Origin: an uncultured Candidatus Saccharibacteria bacterium
GTDB taxonomy: Bacteria > Patescibacteriota > Doudnabacteria > UBA920
Assembly (NCBI GenBank): GCA_964504715.1
Contig: CAZDEP010000008.1
Coordinates: 1-61,469, forward strand
Length of the DNA stretch: 61,469 nt
Direction of reading: 5' to 3'
Positions 53,282 through 61,469 of this stretch are shown one piece after another. The translations under genes and the position numbers were made by a program. Every line of letters starts with the position of its first letter. The first letter of the stretch is position 1. The notes beneath the pieces were generated by a model. The model saw nothing but the letters and a program-made list of their open reading frames with translations. It did not search any database and was not told the origin of the DNA.

Positions 53282-54805
53282 TCAACCCAAGTGCAAAATT
53301 TCGATTTTGGCCCCTAGCTTTTTTAGGCGATTGACCAAATCTTCATAACCCCTGTTTATTGAATAAACATTCCTCAAAACCGATTTGCCCTTGGCGGCCA
53401 ACATACCAATAAGCACAATGGCGGCGGGACGCAAAGCAGGGGGACAGATTAACTCGTTGGCTTTGAGCTCCTGCGGCCCTTCCACATACACCCTATGAGG
53501 GTCGGCCAAAATTATTTTAGCGCCCAGCTTGTTTAGCTCCATATAGTAGATAGCGCGATTTTCGTATGCCCAATCGTGGATTAAAGTTGTGCCAATCGCC
53601 TGGGTTGCTATGGGCACAAAATAAGGCAAATTATCCATATTCATGCCCGGATCATCGTGCGCTTCGAGCTTGTCCGGCAGTGCTTTTAACTTGGAGCTGT
53701 CTTGAAAAGTCACGTCTACCAAATTGGTTATTCCGTTTCTGGATTTGTAAGCTTTGCTGAGATTAAACTTAACCCCCATTTTTTCCAATTTTAAAAGTTC
53801 CAAATCCAAAAAATCTATCGGGCACCTTTTGACCGTAAGGGGGGAGTTGGTGGTCACGGCTATGCTAAAAAAAGTCATGGCTTCTATGGGGTCTTCGCTC
53901 GGAAAAAATTCCACATCCTTTTTTATGCGCGGAACTCCGTGGATTTTTAAGGTATGGGTGCCAATGCCTTCTACTTTTACGCCTAAAACTGTTAAAAAAT
54001 GACAGAGGTCTTGCACCATATAATTACTGGCCGCACGCCGAATTTCCAATTGCCCCTTAAGTTTGGCCGCCGCCAGAATAACATTTTCGGTCGGCGTGTT
54101 GCCGCTTTCATACATAACCACCTTTTGCGGATTTACGGGCAAAGAATTGCAATTATACCAGCCGTTGGCTGTCTCCACCTTAAGGCCTATATTGCCAAGA
54201 GCATATAAATGAGGCTTGACTGTCCTTTCCCCTAAACTGCAGCCGCCCGCGTAAGGCAGACGAAAATTCTTTAGCATATGCATAAGCGGCCCCATAAATA
54301 AAATAATGCTGCGGGTTTTTCGGCCAGCCTCATGGTTGATTTTGTTCAAATTAATCTTGGCGGGGGGCTTAATTTCCAAGTCATTGCCGTTAAGCCATCT
54401 GACGCTCACGCCAATGCTTTCCATTACTTCCAAAAGCCTGTTTACTTCTTCTATCCTCGGCATGGAACGCAGAGTTGTTTTGCCCTGGTTAAGCAAGGAG
54501 GCGCAAATTAAGGCCACGGCCGCATTTTTGGATGAGTTTATGGAAACTGCGCCTGAAAGTTTGTGGCCGCCTTCAATTGCCAGGCTGACGGAGTTGTCCG
54601 CCAGCTGGATAATTTCCTGGTTCAATACCCGGCTTATTTTAGCCAGCATGCCCGTGGAAAAATTCTGCACCCCGCTTTCCATGCGCGCCACGGCTGACTG
54701 GCTGGTGCCTAGCATGTTGGCAAACTGGCTTTGGGTTATGCCTTGTTGCTGCCTGATTTTTGATATAAAAGCGCCAATGCGTTTGCGATCTTCAAATATA
54801 GACAT
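53282..54805 (-). CDS. murA: XRE-family HTH domain fused to UDP-N-acetylglucosamine 1-carboxyvinyltransferase (MurA-like)
   Basis: The N-terminal ~65 aa (IRQQQGITQSQFANMLGTSQSAVARMESG) form the HTH. The rest is a full MurA/EPSP fold (GGHKLSGAVSINSSKNAAVALICASLL; active-site loop YAGGCSLGERTVKPH). Confidence 0.8.
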   Translation of the reverse strand: MSIFEDRKRIGAFISKIRQQQGITQSQFANMLGTSQSAVARMESGVQNFSTGMLAKISRVLNQEIIQLADNSVSLAIEGGHKLSGAVSINSSKNAAVALICASLLNQGKTTLRSMPRIEEVNRLLEVMESIGVSVRWLNGNDLEIKPPAKINLNKINHEAGRKTRSIILFMGPLMHMLKNFRLPYAGGCSLGERTVKPHLYALGNIGLKVETANGWYNCNSLPVNPQKVVMYESGNTPTENVILAAAKLKGQLEIRRAASNYMVQDLCHFLTVLGVKVEGIGTHTLKIHGVPRIKKDVEFFPSEDPIEAMTFFSIAVTTNSPLTVKRCPIDFLDLELLKLEKMGVKFNLSKAYKSRNGITNLVDVTFQDSSKLKALPDKLEAHDDPGMNMDNLPYFVPIATQAIGTTLIHDWAYENRAIYYMELNKLGAKIILADPHRVYVEGPQELKANELICPPALRPAAIVLIGMLAAKGKSVLRNVYSINRGYEDLVNRLKKLGAKIEILHLG

Positions 54806-54809
54806 AAAA

Positions 54810-54829
54810 TTATATCACTTATGATATAA
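54810..54829. promoter_or_regulatory. palindrome TTATATCA-CTTA-TGATATAA immediately upstream of the HTH-MurA start
   Basis: 8-bp perfect arms lying 5-24 nt upstream of the ATG. They overlap TGATATAAT (extended -10-like) on the coding strand. Confidence 0.45.
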
Positions 54830-54851
54830 TCATAACATATTTATCCAAATT

Positions 54852-54879
54852 AAAAAAGCCCCCACTGAGGGGCTTTTTT
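54852..54879. terminator. bidirectional terminator-like hairpin
   Basis: AAAAAAGCCCC-CACTGA-GGGGCTTTTTT. Confidence 0.55.
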
Positions 54880-54886
54880 AAAAAAT

Positions 54887-55120
54887 TTAGAAATTGAATA
54901 ACCTTGAAAACCACCGCTCTAAAAACAGGCTGTTTCGGTTGGCATAATATAGAGCCAGAATGCCGCCTAAATAGGCCAAGTTGAGCAAAAGCACGCGTAC
55001 AAGGTCGTGTTTGATTATTTTGTATTCTTCAGCGTGTTCGAAATTCTGATGAGTTGAAGTCGTCATGTAGTTTGGCTTAAATGTTTTTATAATTATAGTA
55101 CTTTTTATTTTTAATGCCAA
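54887..55120 (-). CDS. small hypothetical membrane protein
   Basis: 77-aa ORF with one hydrophobic helix (LLLNLAYLGGILALYY). The likely start is the internal ATG (MTTSTHQ). Confidence 0.4.
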   Translation of the reverse strand: MALKIKSTIIIKTFKPNYMTTSTHQNFEHAEEYKIIKHDLVRVLLLNLAYLGGILALYYANRNSLFLERWFSRLFNF

Positions 55121-55152
55121 GATGGCAAGGCTTAGCGAAAAATTTTGGCTGT

Positions 55153-55181
55153 TTGATAGGCCTGGCGAAGGGTGCTAAAAT
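55153..55181 (+). promoter_or_regulatory. candidate promoter giving a near-leaderless transcript
   Basis: TTGATA, a 17-nt spacer, then TAAAAT, ending 9 nt before the ATG at 55191. Confidence 0.4.
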
Positions 55182-55190
55182 ACAGCAGCT

Positions 55191-55661
55191 ATGTTTCAAC
55201 CAATTGTTATTTTATGCCTTTGCCTGGCCGTAATATCGCTGGGCATAGGCGGATGGGCGGCCTATAAAATTACCATTTTGAGCCGCGCGCAAAAAGTATT
55301 CTTTGCCGGCAAAACCGGCCAAGACTTAGAAGAGGCGCTTATGCAGCTTATTCAAAGAACCACGTCCCTGGAGGACGAAATGCTTGCGGCTTCGGGGGAA
55401 ATTAAAAAATTAGAAAATTCCCTGGGGTTTGCCGTTCAAAAAATGGGCCTGGTTCGCTACAGTCCGTTTGCCGACGGCGGAGGCAACTACAGCTTCTCGC
55501 TGGCATTGCTTAACCAACATGACAGCGGAATAGTTATAACCAACATGTACGGCCGGCAGCAAAGCCGAGTTTACACCAAAACCATTTACCAAGGGAAAAG
55601 CGAAACGCCTCTGACCGAAGAAGAACAGCAAGCCGTACGCCTTTCCAATGAAAAAAATTAA
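55191..55661 (+). CDS. DUF4446-like membrane-anchored protein
   Basis: An N-terminal TM helix and the pattern VRYSPFADGGGNYSFSLALLNQHDSGIVITNMYGRQQSRVYTK. Confidence 0.6.
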   Translation: MFQPIVILCLCLAVISLGIGGWAAYKITILSRAQKVFFAGKTGQDLEEALMQLIQRTTSLEDEMLAASGEIKKLENSLGFAVQKMGLVRYSPFADGGGNYSFSLALLNQHDSGIVITNMYGRQQSRVYTKTIYQGKSETPLTEEEQQAVRLSNEKN

Positions 55662-55724
55662 CCCGAGAACCTAGACGTAAAAAATAATATTTAAAAATAA
55701 CACCGGGAGGAGAAAGAAGAAATT

Positions 55725-56132
55725 ATGGACAAAGATCTAAACGGATTTGAAACTACGGCCGAAACCGTGGTAGGCCCCAGCGTAAAAATTCAGGGGGACC
55801 TAAACAGCGAAGGCAACATAAACGTAGAAGGCCAGGTAACCGGCAAAATTTCAACCACCCAGGGCGTATTTGTTAAGGAAGGCGCCAAAATTACCGCAGA
55901 CATTAGCGCCGGCAACGCCGTAATTGGCGGGGAAGTCCAGGGCAACATAAAAATTTCCGGCCATCTTATACTCCAGGCTTCCGCCCGGATAAATGGTGAC
56001 ATTGCCTGCCAAATTTTAAGAGTTGAGGACGGGGCTAACTTTTCCGGTAAATGCAATATGAAAGGCAGTAACGGCAACGGCAACGGCAAAAAGAGCGCGG
56101 TAATGGAAACAGAACTGGAAACGGAAGAATAA
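55725..56132 (+). CDS. bactofilin-family cytoskeletal protein
   Basis: Repetitive beta-helix pattern (IQGDLNSEGNINVEGQVTGKI...VIGGEVQGNIKISGHLIL...INGDI) and RBS GGGAGGAG. Confidence 0.85.
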   Translation: MDKDLNGFETTAETVVGPSVKIQGDLNSEGNINVEGQVTGKISTTQGVFVKEGAKITADISAGNAVIGGEVQGNIKISGHLILQASARINGDIACQILRVEDGANFSGKCNMKGSNGNGNGKKSAVMETELETEE

Positions 56133-56275
56133 AAAAACTATTGAACAAAATTAAATAAAATTGACATAATTGAGCAAAATTTTACTCCGAATTAATTTTG
56201 TCAATTTTTTAAATCTTGTCATTTTGTCAGTTAACTACTGTGTACTACTACATTTTCGACCAGGGCGGACTGCCA

Positions 56276-57082
56276 ATGGAAAAATACGAGCAAATGCAAA
56301 CCGAAGCCACGGGGCTTATGGCTGAATTTAAAATTGCCGGCGAAGCCGGCAGGGTTACCCCACTTCGTTCCATTGCCGACCTGGTAGACACCGCCAGCCA
56401 ACGCGGGGCCAAAACGCTTGTCGCCTGCGGCTCCGACGACACATTTAACCTTATGCTGGCGGCCTTAAAGGGTCGGGATTTTGTTTTGGGATTTATCCCT
56501 TTTGACCAAAATTCTTACCTTGCAAAAATCTTAGGCATAGACAGCATCCACACCGGAGTTAAAACTATTGCGGGCAGGCGCCTAGAAAGGCTCGATCTCG
56601 CTAAAATTTCCGGCAACTTTTTTTTAAGCTACCTGGAATTCGGCGTGATGAGCCAAGAGTTAAAGAGCACCGGACTTTTGTCGGGCTTAAGGATGCTTTC
56701 GGTGGAAACAAAAAATATCCAAATCCGAATCGACGATTCATACACCTTAAACCTCCAGGCATTAGGGGGACTGGCCGTAAACACCCGCTCGACTTCCAGC
56801 AAAACCAAAAGTTTGGCTAACCCCACCGACAGCAGCTTGGATTTGCTGATTTTGGAAAAATTGTCAAAAACGGAGATTTTAAAATACCGCAAAACCATTG
56901 CCGAAGGTTTTTTGGAAGAAGTGCCAAAAAGCTCGGTGATAAAATGCAAAAAAATTGAATTTTTGGAACCGCGCGGCATGAGCCTTACCATGCTAGGGAG
57001 GGTCGTAGCCAAATTCCCCGCCACCGTGGAGATTATTCCCCAAAGGCTGCGGATAATCGTAGGTAAAAACCGGACGTTCTAA
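56276..57082 (+). CDS. diacylglycerol-kinase-catalytic-domain-like (YegS/LCB5-type) protein, degenerate motif
   Basis: LVACGSDDTFNLMLAAL...LGFIPFDQNSYLAKILGI resembles GGDGT...iPlGtgNd. The ATG at 56276 is preferred over the TTG at 56216. Confidence 0.55.
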   Translation: MEKYEQMQTEATGLMAEFKIAGEAGRVTPLRSIADLVDTASQRGAKTLVACGSDDTFNLMLAALKGRDFVLGFIPFDQNSYLAKILGIDSIHTGVKTIAGRRLERLDLAKISGNFFLSYLEFGVMSQELKSTGLLSGLRMLSVETKNIQIRIDDSYTLNLQALGGLAVNTRSTSSKTKSLANPTDSSLDLLILEKLSKTEILKYRKTIAEGFLEEVPKSSVIKCKKIEFLEPRGMSLTMLGRVVAKFPATVEIIPQRLRIIVGKNRTF

Positions 57083-57083
57083 T

Positions 57084-57106
57084 CCCGATAAGATCGGGGT
57101 TTTTTC
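57084..57106 (+). terminator. intrinsic terminator
   Basis: CCCGAT-AAG-ATCGGG followed by GTTTTTT. Confidence 0.6.
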
Positions 57107-57199
57107 TTGATTTTATTAAGATTTTCTGGTAAAGTTAATAAGTTGTACTCTGCAAGAAGGTAAAAAAATTGCATAGCCTTGCGGATTCAACCATAAATT

Positions 57200-59134
57200 A
57201 TGGACATATCATCCCTTTCCTCCCAGCTGAATATTTCGGTCCAGGACTTACGCGTTAAGGCGCGGGAGAAGGGTTTTTTTATTTCACCCCGAGCCAACAA
57301 AATAGACAACCACCTGGCCAAACAGCTCTTGGAAGCCTTGGGCAAAATCCCGGACTCAAAAAATCAGCCCGATACAACCGAACTTAAACCCGCCAAGCAA
57401 ATACAACTGCCAGGCTTTATTAAAGTCCGCGACTTTGCCGTGCTTTTGAATTTGCCGGTCACCGAAGTTATTAAGGTCTTAATCCGGAACGGGGTAATGG
57501 CTACCATCAACGAAGAAGTGGATTTTGACACTGCCAGCATAGTCGCCCAGGATTTGGGATTCGAAGTTGCGAGCGAAGCCCAAAAAGAAGAAGTGGATTT
57601 TGGCATGTCCTTCCTCCAAAAAATCCTGACAGAAGAAAAGGAAGAGAACCTTAAAGCGCGGCCGCCGATAGTGGCCATTATGGGGCATGTTGACCACGGC
57701 AAAACCACGCTTTTGGATACCATAAGGAAAACCAGCGTGGCGGCAGGGGAAAGCGGGGGCATTACCCAGCATATTGGCGCTTACCGCGTAAAAAAAGACG
57801 ACAAGTGGATTACATTTTTAGATACTCCAGGACACGAGGCTTTTAGCGAAATGCGCGCCCGCGGCGCCAACGTAACGGATATTATTGTTTTGGTGGTAGC
57901 CGCCGACGACGGCGTAAGGCCGCAGACCTTGGAAGTCATAAACCGCGCCAAATTTTCCGGCACTCCCATGATTGTCGCCATAAACAAAATCGACAAGCCC
58001 GAAGCCAACATTATTCGGGTCAAGCAGGAATTGGCCGGAGCCGGAGTTTTGACGGAAGAATGGGGCGGTAAAACTATTGCGGTGGAAATAAGCGCCAAGC
58101 AAAACCTGGGCTTGGAAAATTTATTTGAAATGATCCTTTTAACCGCGGAAGTGGAAAATTTCCGCGCCAATCCCCATGGCCAAACTTTGGGAACCATTAT
58201 TGAATCCCGGGTTAGCCAGGGCAAAGGCGCGACCGCGACGGTAATTGTGCAAAACGGCTCCTTAAAGGTGGGGGACATTGTAGCCGCCGGACAGGCCTTT
58301 GGCCGCATCCGTTCATTGGAAGATGAGCACGGCAGGAAATTAAAAGAAGCTATGCCCTCCGTACCCGCGCAAATTTCCGGCCTTTCTGAACTCCCTCAGG
58401 CCGGAGACATTTTGCAAGTAGTAAACGACTTGGACAAAGCCAAGGAAATCGCCTCTATTACGCAAAAGAAACTTCGCAGCCATAAATTGGCCGCGCGCAA
58501 ATTGTCGGGCGATATTGAAAGCAAAACCTTAAATTTGATTATCAAGGCCGATGTGGCCGGTTCCTTGGAAGCCATTAAACAGTCGATCGCCAAACTTAAA
58601 AATGACGAAGTTAAAATCAGCATTTTAGGGGAAGGGATTGGCGAAGTTAACGACAACGATGTACTGCTGGCCTCCAGCAGCAAAGCTACCGTAATAGCTT
58701 TTCGGGCAAAAGTTGGCCCCAAGTCTGCCGCTTTAGCCAAAGCCAAGCAGGTAACTATTGACTCTTACGAAGTTATTTACGAACTCATAGAAGACGTAAC
58801 CAGCGCGGTTATTAAAATGTTTACGCCCGAAATAGAAAAACTTGTTTTTGGCAAGGGCAAAATTTTGGGAATTTTCCGGACCGAAAAAGTCCAAATGATT
58901 ATTGGCGGGAGAGTGGAAGAAGGCGAAATAAAAAAACAGGGCAAAGTCGCCGTATGGCGGGACGGGGCAGAAATAGGCACGGGCGAAATTATGGAATTAC
59001 AGCATAATAAAGTCATTTCCAAATCGGTATTGGCAGGGAGCGAATTCGGCGCCAAAATTAAAACCAATCTTAAAATCAAAGAAGGCGATATACTGGAAAG
59101 TTACGAGGAAAAAATAAAGCAAAAGACTTTGTAA
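57200..59134 (+). CDS. infB: translation initiation factor IF-2
   Basis: G domain with GHVDHGKTTLLD, DTPGHEAF and NKID, plus the C-terminal IF2 domains. Confidence 0.95.
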   Translation: MDISSLSSQLNISVQDLRVKAREKGFFISPRANKIDNHLAKQLLEALGKIPDSKNQPDTTELKPAKQIQLPGFIKVRDFAVLLNLPVTEVIKVLIRNGVMATINEEVDFDTASIVAQDLGFEVASEAQKEEVDFGMSFLQKILTEEKEENLKARPPIVAIMGHVDHGKTTLLDTIRKTSVAAGESGGITQHIGAYRVKKDDKWITFLDTPGHEAFSEMRARGANVTDIIVLVVAADDGVRPQTLEVINRAKFSGTPMIVAINKIDKPEANIIRVKQELAGAGVLTEEWGGKTIAVEISAKQNLGLENLFEMILLTAEVENFRANPHGQTLGTIIESRVSQGKGATATVIVQNGSLKVGDIVAAGQAFGRIRSLEDEHGRKLKEAMPSVPAQISGLSELPQAGDILQVVNDLDKAKEIASITQKKLRSHKLAARKLSGDIESKTLNLIIKADVAGSLEAIKQSIAKLKNDEVKISILGEGIGEVNDNDVLLASSSKATVIAFRAKVGPKSAALAKAKQVTIDSYEVIYELIEDVTSAVIKMFTPEIEKLVFGKGKILGIFRTEKVQMIIGGRVEEGEIKKQGKVAVWRDGAEIGTGEIMELQHNKVISKSVLAGSEFGAKIKTNLKIKEGDILESYEEKIKQKTL

Positions 59135-59144
59135 AATCGCAAAT

Positions 59145-59192
59145 ACATAAATAGCACTAATTTCACAAATTTTAAATTAGTGCTATTTATGT
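59145..59192. terminator. perfect 19-bp-stem hairpin after infB
   Basis: ACATAAATAGCACTAATTT, a 10-nt loop, then AAATTAGTGCTATTTATGT. Confidence 0.5.
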
Positions 59193-59268
59193 TATGTTGT
59201 ATTTATGATCTATTTACACGAACCCAAATTTCTTTTATACTACTTAGCTCTATAAAATTTGAGCGAGT

Positions 59269-59622
59269 ATGAAACCCGTAAAAAAAGACATTAACCGAAT
59301 AGCTAAAGTAAACTCCCACATTCAGCACGAATTGGGGCCGATTTTGCATGAGGAATTGGGCGGCGGGCCCGGCATTGTGACTATTACAAAAGTCGACACC
59401 TCTAAAGATATGAAATATGCGAAGGTCTGGATTTCCATTTTGGGAGGCGACGATGAAAAAATTATCGCCCACTTGACCAAGCATATTTACGAAATCCAGG
59501 GAGAATTAAACCGGCATTTTGCCACCAAAATTATCCCGCGCCTTTCCTTCCACCTGGATACCAGCCCGCGTTATGTGGAACATATTGAGGAAGTTATAAA
59601 GAAGATACATGAAGAAAAGTAG
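59269..59622 (+). CDS. rbfA: ribosome-binding factor A
   Basis: RIAKVNSHIQHEL...VTITKVDTSKDMKYAKVWIS..., downstream of infB. Confidence 0.9.
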   Translation: MKPVKKDINRIAKVNSHIQHELGPILHEELGGGPGIVTITKVDTSKDMKYAKVWISILGGDDEKIIAHLTKHIYEIQGELNRHFATKIIPRLSFHLDTSPRYVEHIEEVIKKIHEEK

Positions 59623-59711
59623 TAAGAAGCAAGAAGTAAGTATTAAGGAACCAAAATCTTCCTGGCCTTACTTCTTAACTCATAATTCATACTTCTTACT
59701 TCCATTACGAA

Positions 59712-60686
59712 ATGCAAGAAAACTTTGATAAAGCAAAACAGTTAATAGACGCATCCAACAACATCCTTCTCACCATGCACGAACGCATGGATGGGGACGA
59801 CGGCGGGGCGCTTTTGGCCTTGGACAGCCATTTAAAAAAAATGGGCAAGAATGTCGTCTGCGCCATAAAAAAAAGAGTGCCCCCTTCTTTGGCTTTTTTA
59901 TTTGGCAGCCATTTAATAGTCGACGATATTGAGCATGACAATTTTGACCTGGTAATTACCTTTGGTTGCTCCAACATTGAAAGAACCGGGTCGTTAAAAA
60001 TTAAAAATCTGTTTCTCTCCAACGACCGCAACCAAAATTTAAAAGTCATTAACATTGACCATCATCCGGACAATGAAATGTTTGGGGACGTTAATGTGGT
60101 AGACTCTCATAAATCTTCGGTGGCCGAACTGGTTTATGATTTTTTCCTTTACAACCACTGGCCCATAAGCAAACCGGTGGCCGAATGCCTATTGACCGGC
60201 ATTATTACCGACACGGGATGCTTTATGCATTCCAATACGCAAAAAACCACATTGGAAGCAGCAGGTAACTTAATGAAAAAAGGCGCGCTGGCAGAAAAAA
60301 TTATTAGCCACACCTTTAGGGCCAAAAATGTTAGTACCCTAAAAGCCTGGGGCAAAGCTCTTGCCAACCTTAAATACGATCCTAAAACCAAAATCATTTA
60401 TTCTTTAATTACCGACCAGGATTTAAATGAATTAGGCCAGCTTCCCCAAAGCGCTTTTGAAGGCTTGGCAGAAACTTTAAACACTTACCCGGAAGCCAAG
60501 TTCGCCATGTTTTTGAGACAAGATGGGGAAGTAATAAAAGGCAGCTTAAGAACTGAACCATTTAAAAAAACTGACGTTTCTAACATTGCCAAATTTTTCG
60601 GCGGGGGCGGACATAAAATGGCGGCCGGTTTTTCGGTCAGCGGCAGGTTGGTGCGGGACGAAGCAGGCAAGTGGACTGTGGTGTAA
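59712..60686 (+). CDS. DHH-family phosphoesterase (NrnA-like oligoribonuclease/pAp phosphatase)
   Basis: HERMDGDDGGA, DHHPDN, and DHHA1 GGGGHKMAAG. Confidence 0.85.
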   Translation: MQENFDKAKQLIDASNNILLTMHERMDGDDGGALLALDSHLKKMGKNVVCAIKKRVPPSLAFLFGSHLIVDDIEHDNFDLVITFGCSNIERTGSLKIKNLFLSNDRNQNLKVINIDHHPDNEMFGDVNVVDSHKSSVAELVYDFFLYNHWPISKPVAECLLTGIITDTGCFMHSNTQKTTLEAAGNLMKKGALAEKIISHTFRAKNVSTLKAWGKALANLKYDPKTKIIYSLITDQDLNELGQLPQSAFEGLAETLNTYPEAKFAMFLRQDGEVIKGSLRTEPFKKTDVSNIAKFFGGGGHKMAAGFSVSGRLVRDEAGKWTVV

Positions 60687-60740
60687 TTCAGAGAAAATAG
60701 CGCAAATTTAAAACACCCAACTTGGGTGTTTTAAATTTCT

Positions 60741-61322
60741 TTAGCGGACAAGCTTGGACCTTATAGGCTTCATTACTTGTGCCGCCGCAACCAAATTTTT
60801 TAAAAAATTATCTATACGCTTCAAATAAGCCTCGTCAACAAGGTCACCGTTTTCATTGAACATACTGGGAGCTTTTATAAAATTCACAGTTTCCCGAATT
60901 GCAAAAGCGCCAAAATTTTCCACCACCTGCCTAAGCTGTTCCAAGGCCCGAATGCCGCCGTAAGAGCCGTCGGACACCCCCACCAGCCCAAAAGGCTTTT
61001 TTTCAAATTCTTTATACAGCCAATCCAAAGCGTTTTTAATTACGGCCGGATAGCCGTGGTTGTATTCAGGAGTGACTATTACAAAAGCGTCAGCGGCAAG
61101 CGCTATCTCACTCCATTTCTGCACGTTCGGATATGGATATACACCTTTTAGCGCCACGGGCACCAAAGGCGAATCAAAAAAAGGCAAAGTCAGCTCCTTA
61201 AAATCCACCAATTGGGTAATGTGTCCCTGGGCGGCCACCTGTTTAAGCAAAAGCCTGGCCGCATCGAAGCTGCGGCGCCCTTGCCTGACTGAGCCTAAAA
61301 TTATTGGTATATTTAAATTCAT
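60741..61322 (-). CDS. NADPH-dependent FMN reductase family protein
   Basis: IILGSVRQGRRS and TPEYNHGYPAVIKNALDW. Confidence 0.85.
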   Translation of the reverse strand: MNLNIPIILGSVRQGRRSFDAARLLLKQVAAQGHITQLVDFKELTLPFFDSPLVPVALKGVYPYPNVQKWSEIALAADAFVIVTPEYNHGYPAVIKNALDWLYKEFEKKPFGLVGVSDGSYGGIRALEQLRQVVENFGAFAIRETVNFIKAPSMFNENGDLVDEAYLKRIDNFLKNLVAAAQVMKPIRSKLVR

Positions 61323-61392
61323 TGTTAAACTTTTTACCCCTCCCTAGATTTTATAGCATATATATATTATAATATCCAAGTTAAAAATCTTT

Positions 61393-61469
61393 GCCCAGGT
61401 GGCGGAATTGGTATACGCACTACCTTGAGGTGGTAGCGGGAGCAATCCCATGGAGGTTCAAGTCCTCTC
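61393..61469 (+). tRNA. tRNA-Leu (anticodon GAG), truncated by the right edge
   Basis: GCCCAGG acceptor 5' strand, D-arm, anticodon loop TTGAGGT, long variable arm, T-loop TTCAAGT. The 3' acceptor lies beyond the window. Confidence 0.85.

Overview
The window looks like a compact, low-GC bacterial chromosome segment, about 40-45% G+C by hand counts. The gene content and repeat style suggest a Patescibacteria/CPR-like organism, but that assignment is an inference. Long ORFs are uninterrupted under the standard code. The backbone is housekeeping. It holds the 5' end of a 16S rRNA at the left edge and clpP, nusA, rny-ymdB and the rpsP/KH/trmD/rluD-like/rplS block. It also holds smc, rnc, ftsH, galU, recA, ftsK, pyrD-pyrF-pyrE, rnhB, ddl-murF, rlmH, infB-rbfA, and nine tRNA genes (one cut at the right edge). 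The clearly accessory part is about 19.6-26.9 kb. It starts with a strikingly GC-rich two-gene insert (Ig-like/2-TM protein plus membrane-anchored lectin-like protein) behind a consensus promoter and a long structured leader. This insert converges on a tandem array of six secreted paralogs. All six share a C-terminal two-helix GG[FY]x[YM]xT[SA]GGNEE module that looks VirB2/TrbC-pilin-like, fused to unrelated ectodomains. A four-helix-bundle (IVS/Avd-like) gene bracketed by GC-rich inverted repeats follows the array. Other notable signals: (1) short TIR-bounded and hairpin elements inserted in frame into conserved genes (rnhB, murF, an O-antigen-ligase-like gene, pyrF, the rluD-like gene, trmD); (2) a perfect 60-bp duplication of the rny 3' end flanking a one-gene methyltransferase insert between rny and ymdB; (3) a promoter-to-terminator structured small RNA or 42-codon ORF between smc and rnc; (4) a tRNA-Ala clamped in a 14-bp helix and followed by two paralogous GGGGCG...TCCACCA modules; (5) an XRE-HTH::MurA fusion with a palindrome at its start; (6) a 660-bp non-coding region with two perfect DnaA boxes. 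I saw no CRISPR array, integrase, transposase or reverse transcriptase.
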